NCBI GenBank assembly: GCA_951406725.2
Contig: OX597830.1
Coordinates: forward strand, 61,814,001-61,878,000
Reading direction: 5' to 3'
Length of the DNA: 64,000 nt
Origin: Octopus vulgaris
Taxonomy: Eukaryota
Shown: one piece after another, positions 63,316 to 64,000 of the stretch
How positions within the stretch are numbered: position 1 is the first letter of the stretch
Layout: every line of letters begins with the position of its first letter
Notes under the pieces: generated by a model
The model's input: the letters and a program-made list of their open reading frames with translations, nothing else
Database searches by the model: none
Told to the model about the DNA's origin: nothing
Made by a program: the position numbers and the translations under genes

Positions 63316-63600
63316 TGGCGTAGTGGTTAAGAGCACTGGCTACTTACCCCAAGATTCCGAGTTCGATTCCAGGCAGTGACCTGAATAATAATAATAATAA
63401 TAATAATAACAACAACAACAACAACGTCAAAAAATACCTTAGGAACGAGAACCCAGGTTCGAAATTTCCCCAAGACACCTGATGAGGGCTGGAGGGTATA
63501 TCAGCCGAAATATTTTGTTAACAAACAAGATGTGGAGAAATATCCGTCAATTGTAAATAATGCAAATAATGAGCAAAAGACAACAAACCCAGACAGTCGG
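63316..63600 (+). mobile_element. tRNA-headed SINE with internal (AAT)n(AAC)n and hammerhead-bearing tail
   Basis: A box TGGCGTAGTGG at 63316, B box GAGTTCGATTCC at 63359, CTGATGA...GAAA at 63479-63510. Confidence 0.65.
63475..63518 (+). ncRNA. Minimal hammerhead-like motif
   Basis: ACAC-CUGAUGA-G-GGCUG(10-nt loop)CAGCC-GAAA-U-AUU/UUGU; stem I has one mismatch. Confidence 0.55.
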
Positions 63601-64000
63601 AATGTATAATAATGTGCAAAAAGCAATAATCCAGAACACCACAGACAAACATATGAATGAGAAGGAAGGTGAACCTAATGATTGTTATGCGTAGTTTGGG
63701 TTCTAATGGGATAGACAACCAAATGAAAACCATTGTTATTGTTACGTGTTTATTTACTTTTCATGTTATACGGACTCGACATTCAGCGTAGTGATACATA
63801 ATATACTTTACACACAGTTGTACTGTTCACTAACAAAATAGTGCCAAGAGTGGGGATGTAGTTTGGCATATGTAAACACATAGATATGAATGTGTAACAG
63901 ATTATGATACTATAAAAATGAGAATAATCAAAGAACTGAAAACTACATATCACAGAATAGACCATCGATTATACCTCCCAAAAATCAAAATAGACAATAA

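Overview
AT-rich, repeat-dense animal genomic DNA. The SINE/LINE families resemble those of Octopus (recognition only, no database search). One protein-coding gene spans most of the window on the + strand: an 11-exon USP31/USP43-like deubiquitinase. Its CDS runs 6924..58837 (3210 nt, about 1069 aa), all introns are GT-AG with consistent phases, and the Cys and His boxes are intact. Introns and flanks hold tRNA-derived SINEs, RTE, CR1, L1/Tx1 and Penelope-like (PLE) fragments, a decayed Gypsy, mariner remnants, MITEs and microsatellites. The most notable unannotated signal is eight minimal hammerhead-ribozyme-like motifs, several degenerate. They occur in PLE termini, at the axes of two long fold-back palindromes, and in the tail of a tRNA-headed SINE. 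Other points: an out-of-frame upstream ORF that one extra A would fuse to the USP ORF, inverted SINEs around symmetric exon 2, a pseudoknot-like tandem array in an RTE 3' UTR, a CpG-rich insert and a possible NUMT. Repeat boundaries are approximate.
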